A stretch of DNA of 64,000 nt from Podarcis pityusensis (lineage: Eukaryota), in assembly GCA_964106645.2 (NCBI GenBank), contig OZ067038.1. One strand, given 5' to 3'. The position numbers and the translations under genes were made by a program. Under the pieces are notes generated by a model. That model was not told the DNA's origin, made no database searches, and saw only the letters and a list, made by a program, of their open reading frames with translations. Numbering within the stretch: position 1 is the stretch's first letter; each line of letters opens with the position of its first letter. Shown here one piece after another: positions 22,985 through 35,910 of the stretch.

Positions 22985-23180
22985 CGAATCAAAAGTGGTT
23001 TTAGCTGGCATCTGGGACAGTGCAGTGACAGTGATGGCCTAATGTTAAGAGGCATGGAGTTCCAGAGCACAGGTGCTGCCATAGTTAAAGCTCAGTTCCT
23101 CACAGATGCAGAGCAAATATCATATCATATGCAATGGAATGAAGCTTGCAAGGATGTCATATGGGGAAAAAGATGGCCAA
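22985..23180 (-). mobile_element. L2 LINE ORF2 C-terminal fragment
   Basis: Minus strand reads LTMAAPVLWNSMPLNIRPSLSL...QLKPL, versus L2 FSVAAP.LWNSLP..IR...SL..F...LKT.LF. Confidence 0.7.
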
Positions 23181-25397
23181 CCCCAACTGGTCCATGGAGG
23201 CAGCCATCTTTTTCTTCATACAGTTCCCCAGGCAGGACTACATGTTATGGCATTCAGTCACTTTGGGGGAGCGTTTTAAAAGTCTCATTTTCTCCCTGGC
23301 TTACGGACACGGCAATGTTACCAGCTGCTTTACAAATCTGTAAAATGTTAAAGAAAGAAAGAAGGCAAGCCACAGAACACCTCATAAACATATCAGTTTG
23401 TTGTCAGACCCTGTGAAGATCTTCTATCCCTACATGCTATTACTACGCTATTGTCTTTCAATACAAGCCCTCCCCTTCCTTCTCATTTGTATAGGTGTAT
23501 TCACAACCTTATAAAAAGGGAGAGAATCAAACAGTAATATAACCAAGTAAATCCTACCTAGAAATTAAAGCAGCTTCCCTCACCCTGATAAAACAGGGAC
23601 CCGACACTGATTGCTTCAAGTCAAATCCTTATAGGTCAAAGCAGAATAAGGATTTCCCCTCTTGAAAAGTCACCAGGGCTTCATTTCCACAGCCTCCCCT
23701 TGGAATGGATTAATCCACCTATCCACAAATCTTCAGATTTACATATTACCTTAAACTAGCCCAAACAACAGTTCAGCTGATAAACAAGAAATGATACTGA
23801 AAGAGACAGTGCAGTTTTCATTTCTCAGGCAGTAAAACAACAATGATATAAAAGGTTGTAGGGAAAGTGGAGGGGAAAAATGGTTCAGTTTTTTAACCCA
23901 TTGTCCATTCCAGTGCAAACTGAGGGTTGTTTTTTTTAATATCACTGCCTACTGAAGAATCTAAAGCTTGCAAACCAAGTCAGCAAAAATTGTTCAAAGC
24001 AGTAACTTTAAACAAAAGGGTATTTTTGCCCAAAGACCTGGAGATGTCATTCTCATTCCTTCTTTCTTCCAAATAAGCTGACAAAGGAAACTGACTGGGG
24101 ATTTCAATATGAATGGATGGTTATGGGCATTTGTGTGGTGCAAAGGAAGGGAAATGAGAATGCCCATAGCCCTTTCTATTGGAAGCACCAATTTTTATTA
24201 CATAAAAGGAACCTGGCTATGAACTATGCCTTCTGACCATATCTGCAAACAGAAATTGTTTTATAATAATGCACCTATAGTCATGTTATCACAAAACTAG
24301 TTGGCTGCTTTCTGCAATTGACTTTCAGACCACAAACTTCATCATATGCCAACCCATCTTCTTCCAGTACAACACAAACAGGTTGCTGCTGGTCAGTAAA
24401 TGAGGGCTGTATCTAACCATGAAAGAGCATGTGCTTTGCATGTCGAAGATTCTAGCTTCAGTCCCTGACAAACCCAATGAAAGCAGCTTTAGGTTTCCCT
24501 GAAACTCGGATTAGCAACCATTTCTGCACTACAAAATGGCACTGGGAGAAGGCCCTATAGAAGAGAGAAGAGAAATGTGGGAGGAGGAATATTATCCCCC
24601 CCCAAAAAAATCTGTGTTTCCCTGGCAACCTTTCTTCCCAGCAGCCACCTTCGCCCTGCATGCACCTACCAAGCTGAGTCTTTTAAACCTCTGGCTTGGG
24701 TCTGGCACCTTGGCTTGGAAAAGGCCCCTGAAGGAAGGAATTATAGGTAGTGGGGCTCCCTGGCTAAACCAACAAAAAGCTTTCTCTGGCTGCCACTGTA
24801 CCCCTGCAACTCCCTTCAGCCTCTTCTACTCTCCCTTAAGAATCTAGGCCACAAACATGGGCTTAAAACCCTGGCTGGGGGGAAACCACCTGCAGGCAGT
24901 TGCAAGACAGAAAGAGCTAAACACCCCTCCTCCCATCTGCCACTTCTCCCACAAATAGCTCCCCCTCCCAACCACTCTGTAACTAAGAGGTAGCAGACAT
25001 GCTCTACTAAAACAAGTGAAAGTAGTCATATAATTCCTTATTCTGGTATCTGGGCTGAGAAGGCTCTCTACTTAAGACTGTGAAGACATGCTGCCTCCCC
25101 CATCAGTATACACTGGGCTGGGAACAATAGACAGTGATGAAGCTCAGGGTAAGGAAGCTTTTTATATCTGGGTTTTGTTCGTCAAAGCAGTAGTTTGCAT
25201 ATGGAAGCCAACCATGACTCCCTGGGGTTTATCATTGAGAGGTGCAATCAAAAGCATAAGTGCTTTCCCTAAAAAGAAGAAGAAAGAGGAATGTGACTTT
25301 TTGCCCACTCCCCTATGCCTTCCATAGCAGAAAGCCAGACTTGCAGGCTCCATAGTCATCCCTGTCACATGCATAGACAAACTGGAGCACCTCAAAC

Positions 25398-25727
25398 CAG
25401 TGGCATAGCATGGGGGAGGCCACAGTTGCCCTGGGCACAAAATTGTTAGGGGCGCAAAATTTTAAACACCTGGTGCTGCCTCAATACAGCTGTGTGCTTG
25501 CGCCACTGGGCTCTGTTGAAAATGGCTTCTCCACGCAAACAAGGAAGTGACCGCTCCAGTCAATGGAGCAACTATTCTTTTCTTATCTCCGTGCCTGTGA
25601 AATCTTGGGTGACACAGACACCGTTAGGCAGTTGAATGTGCATACATACTTTGTCTATTTACCTCCCTCCCTCCCACTCACCCCCTCCATGTGGCACCGG
25701 GCATTGGCAACCCATGCTACACCACTG
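25398..25727. mobile_element. hAT (Tip100-like) MITE, 330 bp, perfect 8-bp TSD
   Basis: 17-bp TIRs CAGTGGCATAGCATGGG and CCCATGCTACACCACTG (2 mismatches). CCTCAAAC at 25390-25397 and 25728-25735. Confidence 0.9.
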
Positions 25728-26939
25728 CCTCAAACTGCAGAAAGTGGAAGTGTTGAATTTCACATTCATACCTCTGGTGATGGAGATGCTTCTTCAAAAC
25801 CCTCTTTCTTCCTCTCTCCCCTCTTTGTGCAGGGGTGATCTGAATTCTAGAAATGCCCATGTATTCTAAAATGTGTTTTCAATAGCTTTTATGCTTGCAA
25901 CTTGCATGACTTTCCATTTGGGATTATTATGATTTTCCTTTGTTTTTCATGAGCCTACAGAATATTAGAAAGGGTGCCAAAATGCATCTTTGATGGGTTA
26001 GCAGTCTGACAATAAAGCAAACATGTCAGATGGAAGGTTTTTTGGCCCTAAATCAAGCTGCAGTCCCAGCCTTCCCACTTGAATAGCCTCATCTATTTTG
26101 GGTTACAAGGTCATCTAACTCTACCTTTAAAACAACAACAACCCAGCAGCACCCTTCAACTACTACTGCAAAATATTTAGGCCACATAAGTCTGCCTTAG
26201 TCCCTTTGAGTGTACAGTAGTTGTTACTTTACAGACAGGAAATTATAGGGGCATATGATAGAGAATCAGACGTGGGAGCAACAACAACAAAAGATTGCAG
26301 GCACTGGCTTTGGCTTCCTACACTGTATGCAGATGACTATCTGACCCAGAAATCAAATGCTATCATATAGTCAGTGGGTCAGAAGGCTTGCTGAGAGAAT
26401 TATTCACATTGAATAATTTACTCAGTGACCTTAGCATCTTGCCCTGTTTGCTGAATGTCTGGGCGAATCATGTTTGCTCCAGTTTATTTGTTACTGAGAT
26501 CTACTCACAATCCTCAGATGTCTCAGATAATGTTACCAACATTGTGCCTTACTTCCAATGATACCCCCATCAAAGTCAATTATGTATTTTCCGAAGCTTT
26601 AGCTATGACCCGTTGAGGTCAGGTTAAAACCTTCCTGTGATGCACCTGCTCTCAGCTTTTGCCACACTGGGATTTGAATTGTAAAGTTTCATCTAGGAGA
26701 GACCAGGAGAGAAATCTAGAAAGTTTCTGTCTCACAGAAGAATATCATACTATATGGCCTAAGGCTGCCAAACACCTTTGTGCTTCTGTAATACAACTGT
26801 TACCGGTGTTGCACTGGAGGGTCCTTGGTGAGCTCTACAGCAGGAAGTGGTTGTACATACATGGTGGAGTTGCTGTACATACACAGCATTAAAAAAGTTC
26901 TAGTTAAGTGGATATGCATTTTTATTTTTTTATTAAAAT

Positions 26940-26966
26940 ACACACACACACACACACACACACACA
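26940..26966. repeat. (CA)n microsatellite
   Basis: About 13 CA units. Confidence 0.95.
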
Positions 26967-27211
26967 ACCCCCAAGCAGTTGCTTGCCTTGCAGCAGCCAC
27001 TCATAAACTCACTAAAGGGGGGCATCCGTTGCCTGAGGAGCTGGCTGACATCTAGTCAAAGGCTGAATCAACTACATTATTCCCCTAGTACTTCACATTA
27101 TATACTCATTCTAATAGCAGGCACCAGTCTGCAAAAGCTCTTGGTTCTAGAATAGTTAAATGGGATGGTGTGATTATGAAAGCAGCTCATCTCTCCTACA
27201 ACTCTGTAGGG

Positions 27212-27349
27212 CAAAGGTGGCCAATGTGGTGGCCCCCATATGTTGCTGGCCTCCAGCTCTCATCAGCCGCAGCCAACATGGCCAGTAGCCAGGAATTATG
27301 TGAGCTGTATTCCAACAACATCAGGAATGCTGTATATTACCTACCCATG
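27212..27349. mobile_element. Older palindromic hAT MITE related to 7993-8128
   Basis: Same layout (CCCCCATATGTTGCTGGCCTCCAGCTCTCATCAGCC ... TGAGCTGTATTCCAACAACATC). Degenerate TSD CTGTAGGG/CTGTAGAA. Confidence 0.6.
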
Positions 27350-27567
27350 CTGTAGAACAAGAGAAATGGAAGACAAAATTCATTGGAATTAATACGACCT
27401 CTTTAGCTAAAGACAATATTACCTGCCTATATGAACATCCTGTAGAAAAAAATATATATACAAAACCCACCTGACAAGTCAGAAAGGGAGGGGGAAACAT
27501 CAATATTATAATACTAGTATTTTGTTCTAAAACTAGCTGTGGTTATCCAACATCTCCCTTCTCTGCT

Positions 27568-28060
27568 TGTACAGAGCTGCAAGGCCTGGGAAGTATCTTT
27601 GTTTTCCCCAAGCATCCAAGCGAAGATGATGAAGCAAGCTGCAACACCAATGGAGCACTGAAGTGTGAGTGAGCAAACATTGGACATTAGAGGAAGAGTT
27701 TTGCCCACTATTGGCTTGAAGAGACATTTGCCTGAACATATCTGAGTACAGAAACAGCACAAGACAAAGAACTGCCTGCAGCAGCTGCATGGAGGACCTC
27801 CATCTCCCCTAACCTGCTGGACCTGTGGCCTCTCAGTGAACCTCCCCCCATCTGCTGGATCTGTGGCCTCTACTCAGTCTCCAGACCAGGACCTGCCTAC
27901 AGCTGTACAAGTAGGGCAGAGGCCAGGACCCTGGACAGGCAGGCAGGCAGCATTGAAAACACCTGCTGCCCCAGCTAGGCATGCACCAGTTGCTGGGGCA
28001 GCTCTATAAATCCAGCTTGCCTGCCCTGGGTGCAGGGCCACCCTCAGCAGAGCCGACACC
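27568..28060 (+). mobile_element. Possible older LTR remnant
   Basis: Begins TGT, GC-richer than its flanks. Contains short acidic coding-like text (PSEDDEAS), an internal repeat CTGCTGGA(C/T)CTGTGGCCTCT x2 and a TATA-like CTATAAAT near 28004. No TSD found. Confidence 0.3.
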
Positions 28061-28129
28061 AAAGTGTGTCATCCCTTTGAGGGCGACACTTTGGGGGTGT
28101 AACAAGGGCCAGAGCCAGTCCCCTTGTGC

Positions 28130-28420
28130 TAATATTATGGTTTTAATGGGGATGGGGTTTTAACTTGGGTGGGTGCTGTTTATTTGAGGGTGGGTGGGAT
28201 TGTCTTAAATCGTTTTTAAGAGTTACGTGTTAATCTGTATTTCTATGTTTTTGTTTTATAAGTCTGATTAATATTCTACAGCCTTTTAAATGTGTTTGGT
28301 GGCTCATTGTTTGTTTAAACTATTTACTGGTGTTTCCCCCTTGTATTTTATCCTGTGAACTGCCCTGAGATCTTGTGATGAAGGGCAGTACTGTATATAA
28401 ATCTAATAGATAATAAAAGA
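28130..28420 (+). mobile_element. L2 LINE 3'UTR and tail
   Basis: T-rich tract ending TGTGAACTGCCCTGAGATCTTGTGATGAAGGGCAGTA...TAAAT...AATAAA. Related tails occur at about 48880-48990 (-) and 54090-54170 (+). Confidence 0.6.
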
Positions 28421-29435
28421 TAGCAAAATAATACCGGATTAGATTAACCCTTTGTCTAATCATACAGGGGCTGCCAAACATCCTTAGCAGGAAAATGTCC
28501 TAGCCATGCTGGTTCCACAGTCACTCCTTCATGCCACATAGCCGATTTGGAAGTCAGGGTGGCCTAATGCCCGCTGCATATGCATCAGAATATATATAGA
28601 TTACATGTGGCGGAAGCACAGTATTCAACTCCCTCCCAATAATCAATGCACGAGTGTACCCCTAATTTATGCAAACAGAAGGACCTATCTGTTGGCTCAT
28701 CAGAACTCAGAGATGAGCTACTACTACACAAGCCCACTTGCCTTTCCTCTCTTCCACCAGGTTGCCCATCTTTTGACAATGCTGTCTGAGGCAAAAAGCT
28801 GATGGTGAACACCTACTTTTCAGGGGCTAGGTTGGTGCTGCAGGGCAAAGGGTAGTGAAAACTAGCTTTGACAAGTTAGCCAGGCAAACACGACATGCAA
28901 GTCACTGAGTAACTATCCCTATGCAATTCTGCGGTGTCACTTTCCACAGAGGCTAATGCAGTGTGACACATTTCATACCCACACTAAGCCAGTCCTATCT
29001 GAGTCACTTTTAAAAACAAAACAGAGACAGACTTACACCTGATAAACCACAAAGAGTGCTAGAAGTTCTTTTTAAAAAGAAGCAAAATATTTATTACAGA
29101 AATGTAAAGCAGCATATCCACTGAAATTACGGCCCAAAGTCGTCAATAACACAGAATCACTATCCTGACCTGTTCTTGAGGAAATTGCCCCCCCCCCTGT
29201 ATAATAGTTGATTGAAATATTCAGCAAGACCGTAGGCTTGAAACACCCCATTAAATTGTTTTTTTTAAAAAAAATAATAAAAGGATGTGGTAGAACCAAT
29301 GGTAGTTAGCTGTGATTTGTTTACAAAGCATTTTGAGGATAAAATTGCTTGCGTCCGCTGGGACCTTGATTCCACTATTACAGCAAATGTATCTCAAGAA
29401 GTGTAGAGTGTACAATTTCTACTCCTGTTGTGTTG

Positions 29436-29706
29436 GATTAGTAAGGCTCAAGGACGTGGACAAGCTGCTTGGATATGTCAGGATGACCACTTGCGTTCTG
29501 GACCCTTGCCCCTCTTGGCTGATCAAAACTAGCAGGGAGGGGAGAGCTGGCTAGGCCAGAGAGGTGATCAATGCCACCTTGTGAGAGGGGGTGGACCCTG
29601 CCTGCTTGAAGGAGATAGTGGTAAAACTGCTCATAAGAAACCTTCCCTCGATTTGAAAAATTACCAGTTGGTTGCCAATCTCCCCTTCTTGGGCAACGTT
29701 CTTGAG
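29436..29706 (+). mobile_element. L2 LINE ORF2 fragment (upstream of RT core)
   Basis: Reads LVRLKDVDKLLGYVRMTTCVLDPCPSWLIKTSRE...VINATL...PACLKEIVVKLLI..PSLD...NYQLVANLPFLGNVLE, versus L2 TTC.LDPCPSWL...LKEAVVRPLLKKPSLD...NYRPVSNLPFLGKVLE. Confidence 0.88.
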
Positions 29707-31177
29707 TTTCCTTGACCCTGTAAGTGGCCACCAGAGACATGGAGGGGAAACTCTTGAGTTAGATGCTATGCCATGTTTAGTGGGGTCTTAGGAGGGGGAA
29801 AGGAAACAAAAGACAGAGAATGGCTATTTTCTTGTTCACAGCCATGCATGTCTAGTCCCAGACGCCTCTCACATGACATCTATACTTACCTGAAATTGGT
29901 CACCTAAAATGTCCTCTACCCCTAATCTTTTCCATTGTCCCTCTAAGATAAGGTTGCCTGCCCTCTCCCGATCTCATTTTGTGCAGCCAAGTCTATTGTT
30001 TTCTTTAAATCGGCTTTTCTGTAGTATTTAGAAGGTTAATGGATAATGTAAGGACATCTGCATTTTTCCTCCTTTCAGTTTCTGCATTTATGCATAGAAA
30101 GGGAATCAGCTCCTTTGATGCAAGCCTAGGCTGCACTGAAGTGTAATTTAATGCACGCTGTTGCCATACATTTTTTGGTGTAAAAGTTCAGCAAATCAGC
30201 TCTGCTGGATGCCTTCAGTCCTCCTCCTTCCCTTCGCAGGTGATGCTGAATGCTGCTGTCACCATCTCACTCTTCAATAGAGGGCACATAATCTGCCACA
30301 GCAGGTGGCTCTGTTGTCTCCCTTGGTCTGTCTAGTTTGTGATAGACTCTTAATTGCATTTCCCTGGAAATAGGAAAGAACTTGAACTCTAACCTCCTGT
30401 TTTAGATGGCATCATGTAGCTTACAGCAATAAATTAATGTCTCCATTTGAGAAGTACTCCAGCAGTCACCCAAGGAAAAGAAGGGAATTTCCAAGGGATA
30501 CATTATTTGCTGTGCTTATTATTATGCTTCATTTCTTCCCATTCTCAATAATGGGGAAAGAGTCAAGCATCCGCCTTGCATGACTTGAAATTATTATAGG
30601 AAAGGGTAAGGAGGCCTTTGCCATTGTAAGCTCACTATTATAGACCAATTGTGAATCAGAAAGATATGTTCAAAAATACAGTCCTTAGCAAAGGTAGATT
30701 TTTGCAAGGCTTTATGCCTGACAAAAATATCAAGCCACAGCCGTATTGGAAATACAGCAAAAAGAGAGAGATGTGTTGATATTTTGGTAATTTGCTTGCT
30801 TGCCACAAAAATCAGGGATTTCAGGAAACACATTTTTTAAAGATATTTCTATTTTCTAAAATTTAAAAATGTTCACTGAAATAGCTGAGGCTCCATTTGG
30901 TGCTTAAAAGAAAAACAAGGGGGGAAAGCTGCTGTTACCCACCATGATTTGTCACCAGCCAAAAATAACATGCAATTGTTCATTACAATGTCAAGGTGGA
31001 AGATGCAATGCAAGGACCAGGGTGGCATAATGATGCAAAAACCATGTAGGAATTGCTGCACATCCTTTATTCAAACCTTAAAATATTTTATACAGGATCA
31101 TCCTAAGATTTCGAGTTGAGATGCTTTGAAATAAAAAATCTGCTCTCCCAAGGGAAATGAAGTTTGGAAGCGGGAAT

Positions 31178-31272
31178 GAGACTGTAATTCTATGTGCACT
31201 TAGCTCGTAGTAAGGCCCTAGTATGCAACGGGATTTATTTCTTAATAGGCACACATAGGAGTGTGCGTTACA
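31178..31272. mobile_element. Old short palindromic MITE
   Basis: CTGTAATTCTATGTGCAC ... GCACACATAGGAGTGTGC inverted arms around a GTAAG...CCC/GGGA...TATT core. Confidence 0.45.
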
Positions 31273-32099
31273 TTTCTAGTAATATCCTCCCTTTTCTGCT
31301 TCAAGAATATTTTGTTAAATCTACTTACAGCTATTAGAAAGCTCCTGCTAAGTTTCCCATTACAGCCTCCCTGTGTCATTGCAACTAATAATACAACAGA
31401 AAACAGAATGTTCAGCAACATGTGAACTTTCATTTCAAACTCCTATTGGATACTTGACTGTTAAATGTGCCTTCTTCATCATATCAGTTATTTGTATGGA
31501 AATCAATTACAAGTACATAAAGTGGGGAAACAGCAAAGAGTTGTCTGATGATGGAAGAGAAATTGAATTGTTGAAGGTATGTTGACAAGAGGACATTTTC
31601 TCATGACTTGTCACTATGATCAGTTTCTGGATTTTATTTTTCTTTTATTTTAGGCTGTATAGAACTTTCTCCTTCTTCAGCAACTTTCCACCCCCCCCCC
31701 TTGTGATTTGCCAGTTGTGTTATAACACCAGTAAGTTTATCCTCAGAGATCTCTAGATATCCCTTTAAACGGCAACCAGGAACGAAATTGTGGCAACCAG
31801 CCCAGAAATGTTTACAAGACCTTGGCAACAAAGGGAGATACGCCACCAGGAGGATGCATATTGTACTGGGATACAGCACTAGTGTCATGAGTCAGGCAGG
31901 AGGATTTCTGCACACAACTGCTCCTCCCCCCTGAAAAACAAAACTTTCCCCAGACAGCAGATGAGAAAGGGAGACGTTTATCTGTGGGGCTGAAAACGAG
32001 GAAGCTGGGCTTTGCAGGCTACCAGAAGCAATAATTGCCAACCAATATGTAGATTCTGCCTGCGCTCTCCCAAAGCACATACAGCATAAAAATCCCTGC

Positions 32100-32280
32100 C
32101 CTTTAAAAAGAATATCGAAAATATCAAGCCTGAAAATATGTTCACAATGACATTTCCTGTTCTTTACTGAGGTGTCTCCCTTTCGTGTTTACAGCATGCT
32201 GATTAGTCATCATCATCATAACAATGAGTTGGAAATATTCCCTACTTTAATAATAGTAAAGACTATTCATTCGCAAGGGA
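32100..32280. promoter_or_regulatory. Candidate enhancer (SOX/ETS/FOX/AP-1 motifs)
   Basis: ACAATG (32144, 32221), ATTTCCTG (32152), TGTTTAC (32186) and TTAGTCA (32203) within 85 bp. Motif evidence only. Confidence 0.35.
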
Positions 32281-32521
32281 TCTCACTCCACAAAATAACA
32301 ATACACACAGTTTATTCTGGTCTAATCCCTGTCTGAATATTGACAATTCTCTTTCTCCATGACAAGAAGAAGCAAGCTGTTTGCTCAAAATGTAAAAATT
32401 TATTTTAATTGCTAGTATAATTTTTTCCCAAAGTACCAAGGGGTGTTATTTCTTTCCTTTCCAAGAGTTCTCCTTTGGGCTATAGGGTGTGTGCATGACT
32501 GTGTGCTGATTTCATTGGTAA

Positions 32522-32862
32522 CATACCCTCCAGCATTTCTCCAATGAAAATAGGGATGTCCCATTCCATAGTGATAATTTTACGATTTATACCCCACACA
32601 TCTTACTGGGTTGCCCCGGCCACTCTGGGCAGCTTCCAAAATATATAAAAATGTAATAAAACATTAAACATTAAAAAACCTTTCCCATATAGGATTGCCT
32701 TCAGACGGTTGGGGGTTGGATAACTACATACCCTCCAACATTTCTGCAGTGAAAATAGGAAGATCCTAAGAAAGGTGGGACATTCTGGGATCAAATCAGA
32801 TACTGGGATGGCTTCTCTAAATCAGGGACATCCCTGGAAAATAGGGACACTTGGAGGGTCTA
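32522..32862. mobile_element. Composite hAT MITE with duplicated left terminus and captured L2 3' end
   Basis: CATACCCTCCA(G/A)CATTTCT...TGAAAATAGG at both 32522 and 32727. Right terminus GGGACACTTGGAGGGTCT. The middle (about 32562-32726) is an inverted L2 tail. TGGTAA(C) flanks both outer ends. Confidence 0.8.
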
Positions 32863-35499
32863 TGGTAACCACCTTGCTGTCAAGCACTCAAGCTCTTTTG
32901 CTTAGTCCTGCAGATTGCTGTGGGAACAGTAATGCCCTTTTGCAAGCATAGCTCATGATGGGACAGAGTTTGCTTATGACACTTTTTTTTGTAATACAAT
33001 ATTTTATTACCCATTTTCAATCCATAAAACCCATGAAGCTATAAGACATGTCCAAGATAAAACTTCATATTTTGAAAATTACCTTCTGCTACTACCATAA
33101 CATTGCATTATTAAAATGGAAAGAGTATTAAAACCTGAAATTACTTTTCACCGGTCACTGTCTGCTATTTGATTATTTATCTCATTGTACTTGGTTTCAT
33201 AATGAAAATATAGTGTCATGTTTATTTGACCTTAAAATTTGTTTCCTGACTTTTATTAACTAGTTGGGTCTTCATGGGAATATGTCAAGACTCAACTGTC
33301 CTCTACTTCCTAAACCTGCTTTCTCTGAGACTGCTTTCGTGTATGTTCTCAAGTGAAGGCTTCAATACATGCTAGAATTACATGTCAAGGAACTGCTTGT
33401 ACAACTCAATATCATGGACTGTTCACACTGAGTCTTCCTTAAGACTGAAGCAAATTGCAGTGCTGGGAAGGTGCTGTTAGAGGTGGAAGGTGGATAATTA
33501 GGTTGATTGGTTTAATTTGGTTACTTGGCAGCAGTGTGAGGGAAAGGAAAGAGGTTGAAACAACTGATGAGTACTCTGAGGCATCTTTCAAGTGAACAGT
33601 GTTTCCACAAAAGGCTCTGTGACCCATAAGGCAGTGTGTGGATCACTTTGGAGGTTAACCAATGCCACTCACTTTGAGTTGTGGGGCACAAAGAGGGTGT
33701 GAATTAAGAAGGCCTTCCTCCTCCCCAGGAAGGGTTGTGGCAGAGGGAAAGAGATGGGAGTTAACACCACCTTTTCACTCCTGCAGAGTAGGTTCGTCCT
33801 ACCATGGCAGGCTTATGAGCCTGACAGGGAACTTAGTATTTCCCACACATAATCCCCCTCCATGCAGTTCATTAGTTCTTAATACTGTAGTTTAGTAAAG
33901 CAGCCGTACTTATACCCCACACCTTGTGTCCTGCCTCTTTATTTCCAGTATTTGAAAGCAATGGCGCTGACACTGATGATGCTATAAATCACTCCACTTT
34001 GCTAAAAGCTAAGACACTTCTCTGGTAAATATATACATGTAAATATATACATAAACTTTTTAATAAAACTTTTCTGTTGGTGCCACAAGGCTGCAGCAGA
34101 GCAGGCCAGCAGCAGCAGCCACTTATGGTGATCACTATTTTGTTTTCCCTAGAACATCCTGATTTAATTACATTCTGGAAGGTAAATCGTGAGGGCTTCC
34201 ATAGATCCTCCTTCCCCAATGCCTCAGAATACACCTGGGAATTGTGGGGAAAACAAAATGGTCACCAGCAGCAGTCACAAATGTCTGCTCCCATATACCA
34301 ACTCTTTTGTCAGCACTGGAGATGCAACAGAAAGCCACAAATAGCCATGAAGAGTGTGCATTTGTGCCCAATCATTCCTTTACATGTTCATTTAAAAAAT
34401 AAATAAAAATGTAACTGATTGGGTCTATTTTGTTCAACTTCTCATTTACTCCAGAACAAATGCACACTCCGAGGCCTTGGATACAACATCCAACAGTGAT
34501 GGCAAACTTATCACATTATAACCTAATCCTTGATAAATACAGAAAGCACCATTTATATAAAATGGCACAAAGCATGGGACCTTACATTCTACATCATAAA
34601 CACAGTTTGCTATATCAAGTTTTGCACCCTAAGGACCCCTTGAAGTCTGGGTTATCAGTGACTTCTTCAATATTATCAGGGAGTTAACATTTCAGAAATT
34701 AAAACTAGATTTCAGAGTTTCAAGTCAATGACTCACATATTTCCCTCAAGATCTATAAATACATCAGTTATGTCCCCTTCCCCCACTTTCTGAAAGAAAG
34801 AAAAAAGGAAAATATTACTAATTTAAAATGTTCTTCCCTTTTTAAACTTGCACTTCACATTGGTTTACCTCAAGGCATTGTAATAGGTGTGGGTGAATTT
34901 CAGAAAGAACCACAGTGTTCAGAAAATGTTCAGAGTGACTACGTCAACTTTTGAAAATAAATGCCAAAGAAGCAAGCTATACTGTAGTGGTACAATGAGT
35001 AAGCAAAAGATAGATAGAGGAGAAAGTGGAGGAGAGATGACACAAATGAGCAGTCACTTCTTTGTTATTCAAAGATAAAAGATAAGTTCTTCCACACGAC
35101 TGAATTCTGTCTTCATGTCATAAATTTCAGAAGGGAAGTGTCAATACAAGGAATAATAACGCAGGCACTGGGTGACATTTGCAAAGATGGAATTAAATTC
35201 TCATGCTGGAAAGTTGAAGGACTGGCATATGTGGAGATACAAAAACTGGATACTCACACCTAAGAGGCTGGGCAAAGGACAGGGCCTTTGCCTGTCAGAA
35301 TTACCTGCCTCTTTGGCAGAGGTATGTTACCACACTAAGAAGCCTGTGTATTTCTTCTTAATTGTTAAAATGTTTTAAGACCCGTGGCCTTCTCCATCAG
35401 CCCACCATTTAAGGGTGATTAGCTGGACCAGGAACTTCCAGAGCATAGCACTGGGGGCCCTGCAGGGGAGTGGGCCTTGTAAAGTGTCAAACAATGCCC

Positions 35500-35910
35500 A
35501 CCCTTGCACAGCACAGCTCCCAGTCTGGCTGGTACTATCCTTCAAAGTCCTAAATAGCTTGGGGTTAGGTAACTTGAAGGACCAGCCCAATTCTGAAGAA
35601 CTACATCAGCAGCCCATCATCTAATGGAGTGAGACAAGCAGCCATTAGGGACAAGACATTTTTGTGGTGGTGCCCTGGTTATGGAATGCCCTCCTCAAAG
35701 AGGGTCACCAGTGCCTATTTTATGGTCCTCCATATTTCTGGTTTTGGACTGAGTATATATTAATTTCATGATGCTTTGATGCAGATCTGTGGTTATTTTT
35801 ATATTGATAGCACAGGTATTGTTTTAAAGCTTATTCTTGTTTGTGTTTTGTCCTTAAATGGTTTTGTGTTTGTAAAATGTCCAAATAACTTGATAAAAAA
35901 TGTCATAAAT
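35500..35910 (+). mobile_element. L2 LINE ORF2 C-terminus and 3'UTR
   Basis: Reads LVLSFKVLNSLGLGNLKD (L2 LVLTFKALNGLGPGYLKD) and later VVPWLWNALL, followed by a T-rich UTR. Confidence 0.7.

Noticed and set aside
25398-25508. Shorter MITE ending at the internal GCGCCACTG
   Set aside because: No TSD at that end. The true end is 25727, where the 8-bp TSD matches.
30293-30312. CTCF-like CACAGCAGGTGGCTC
   Set aside because: Partial match only; expected by chance at this window size without ChIP or conservation data.
34153-34181. Plus-strand AG/GT-bounded 29-nt segment reading HPDLITFWK (faintly like KRAB-B)
   Set aside because: Too short, with a weak donor and no KRAB-A or zinc-finger exon in the window.
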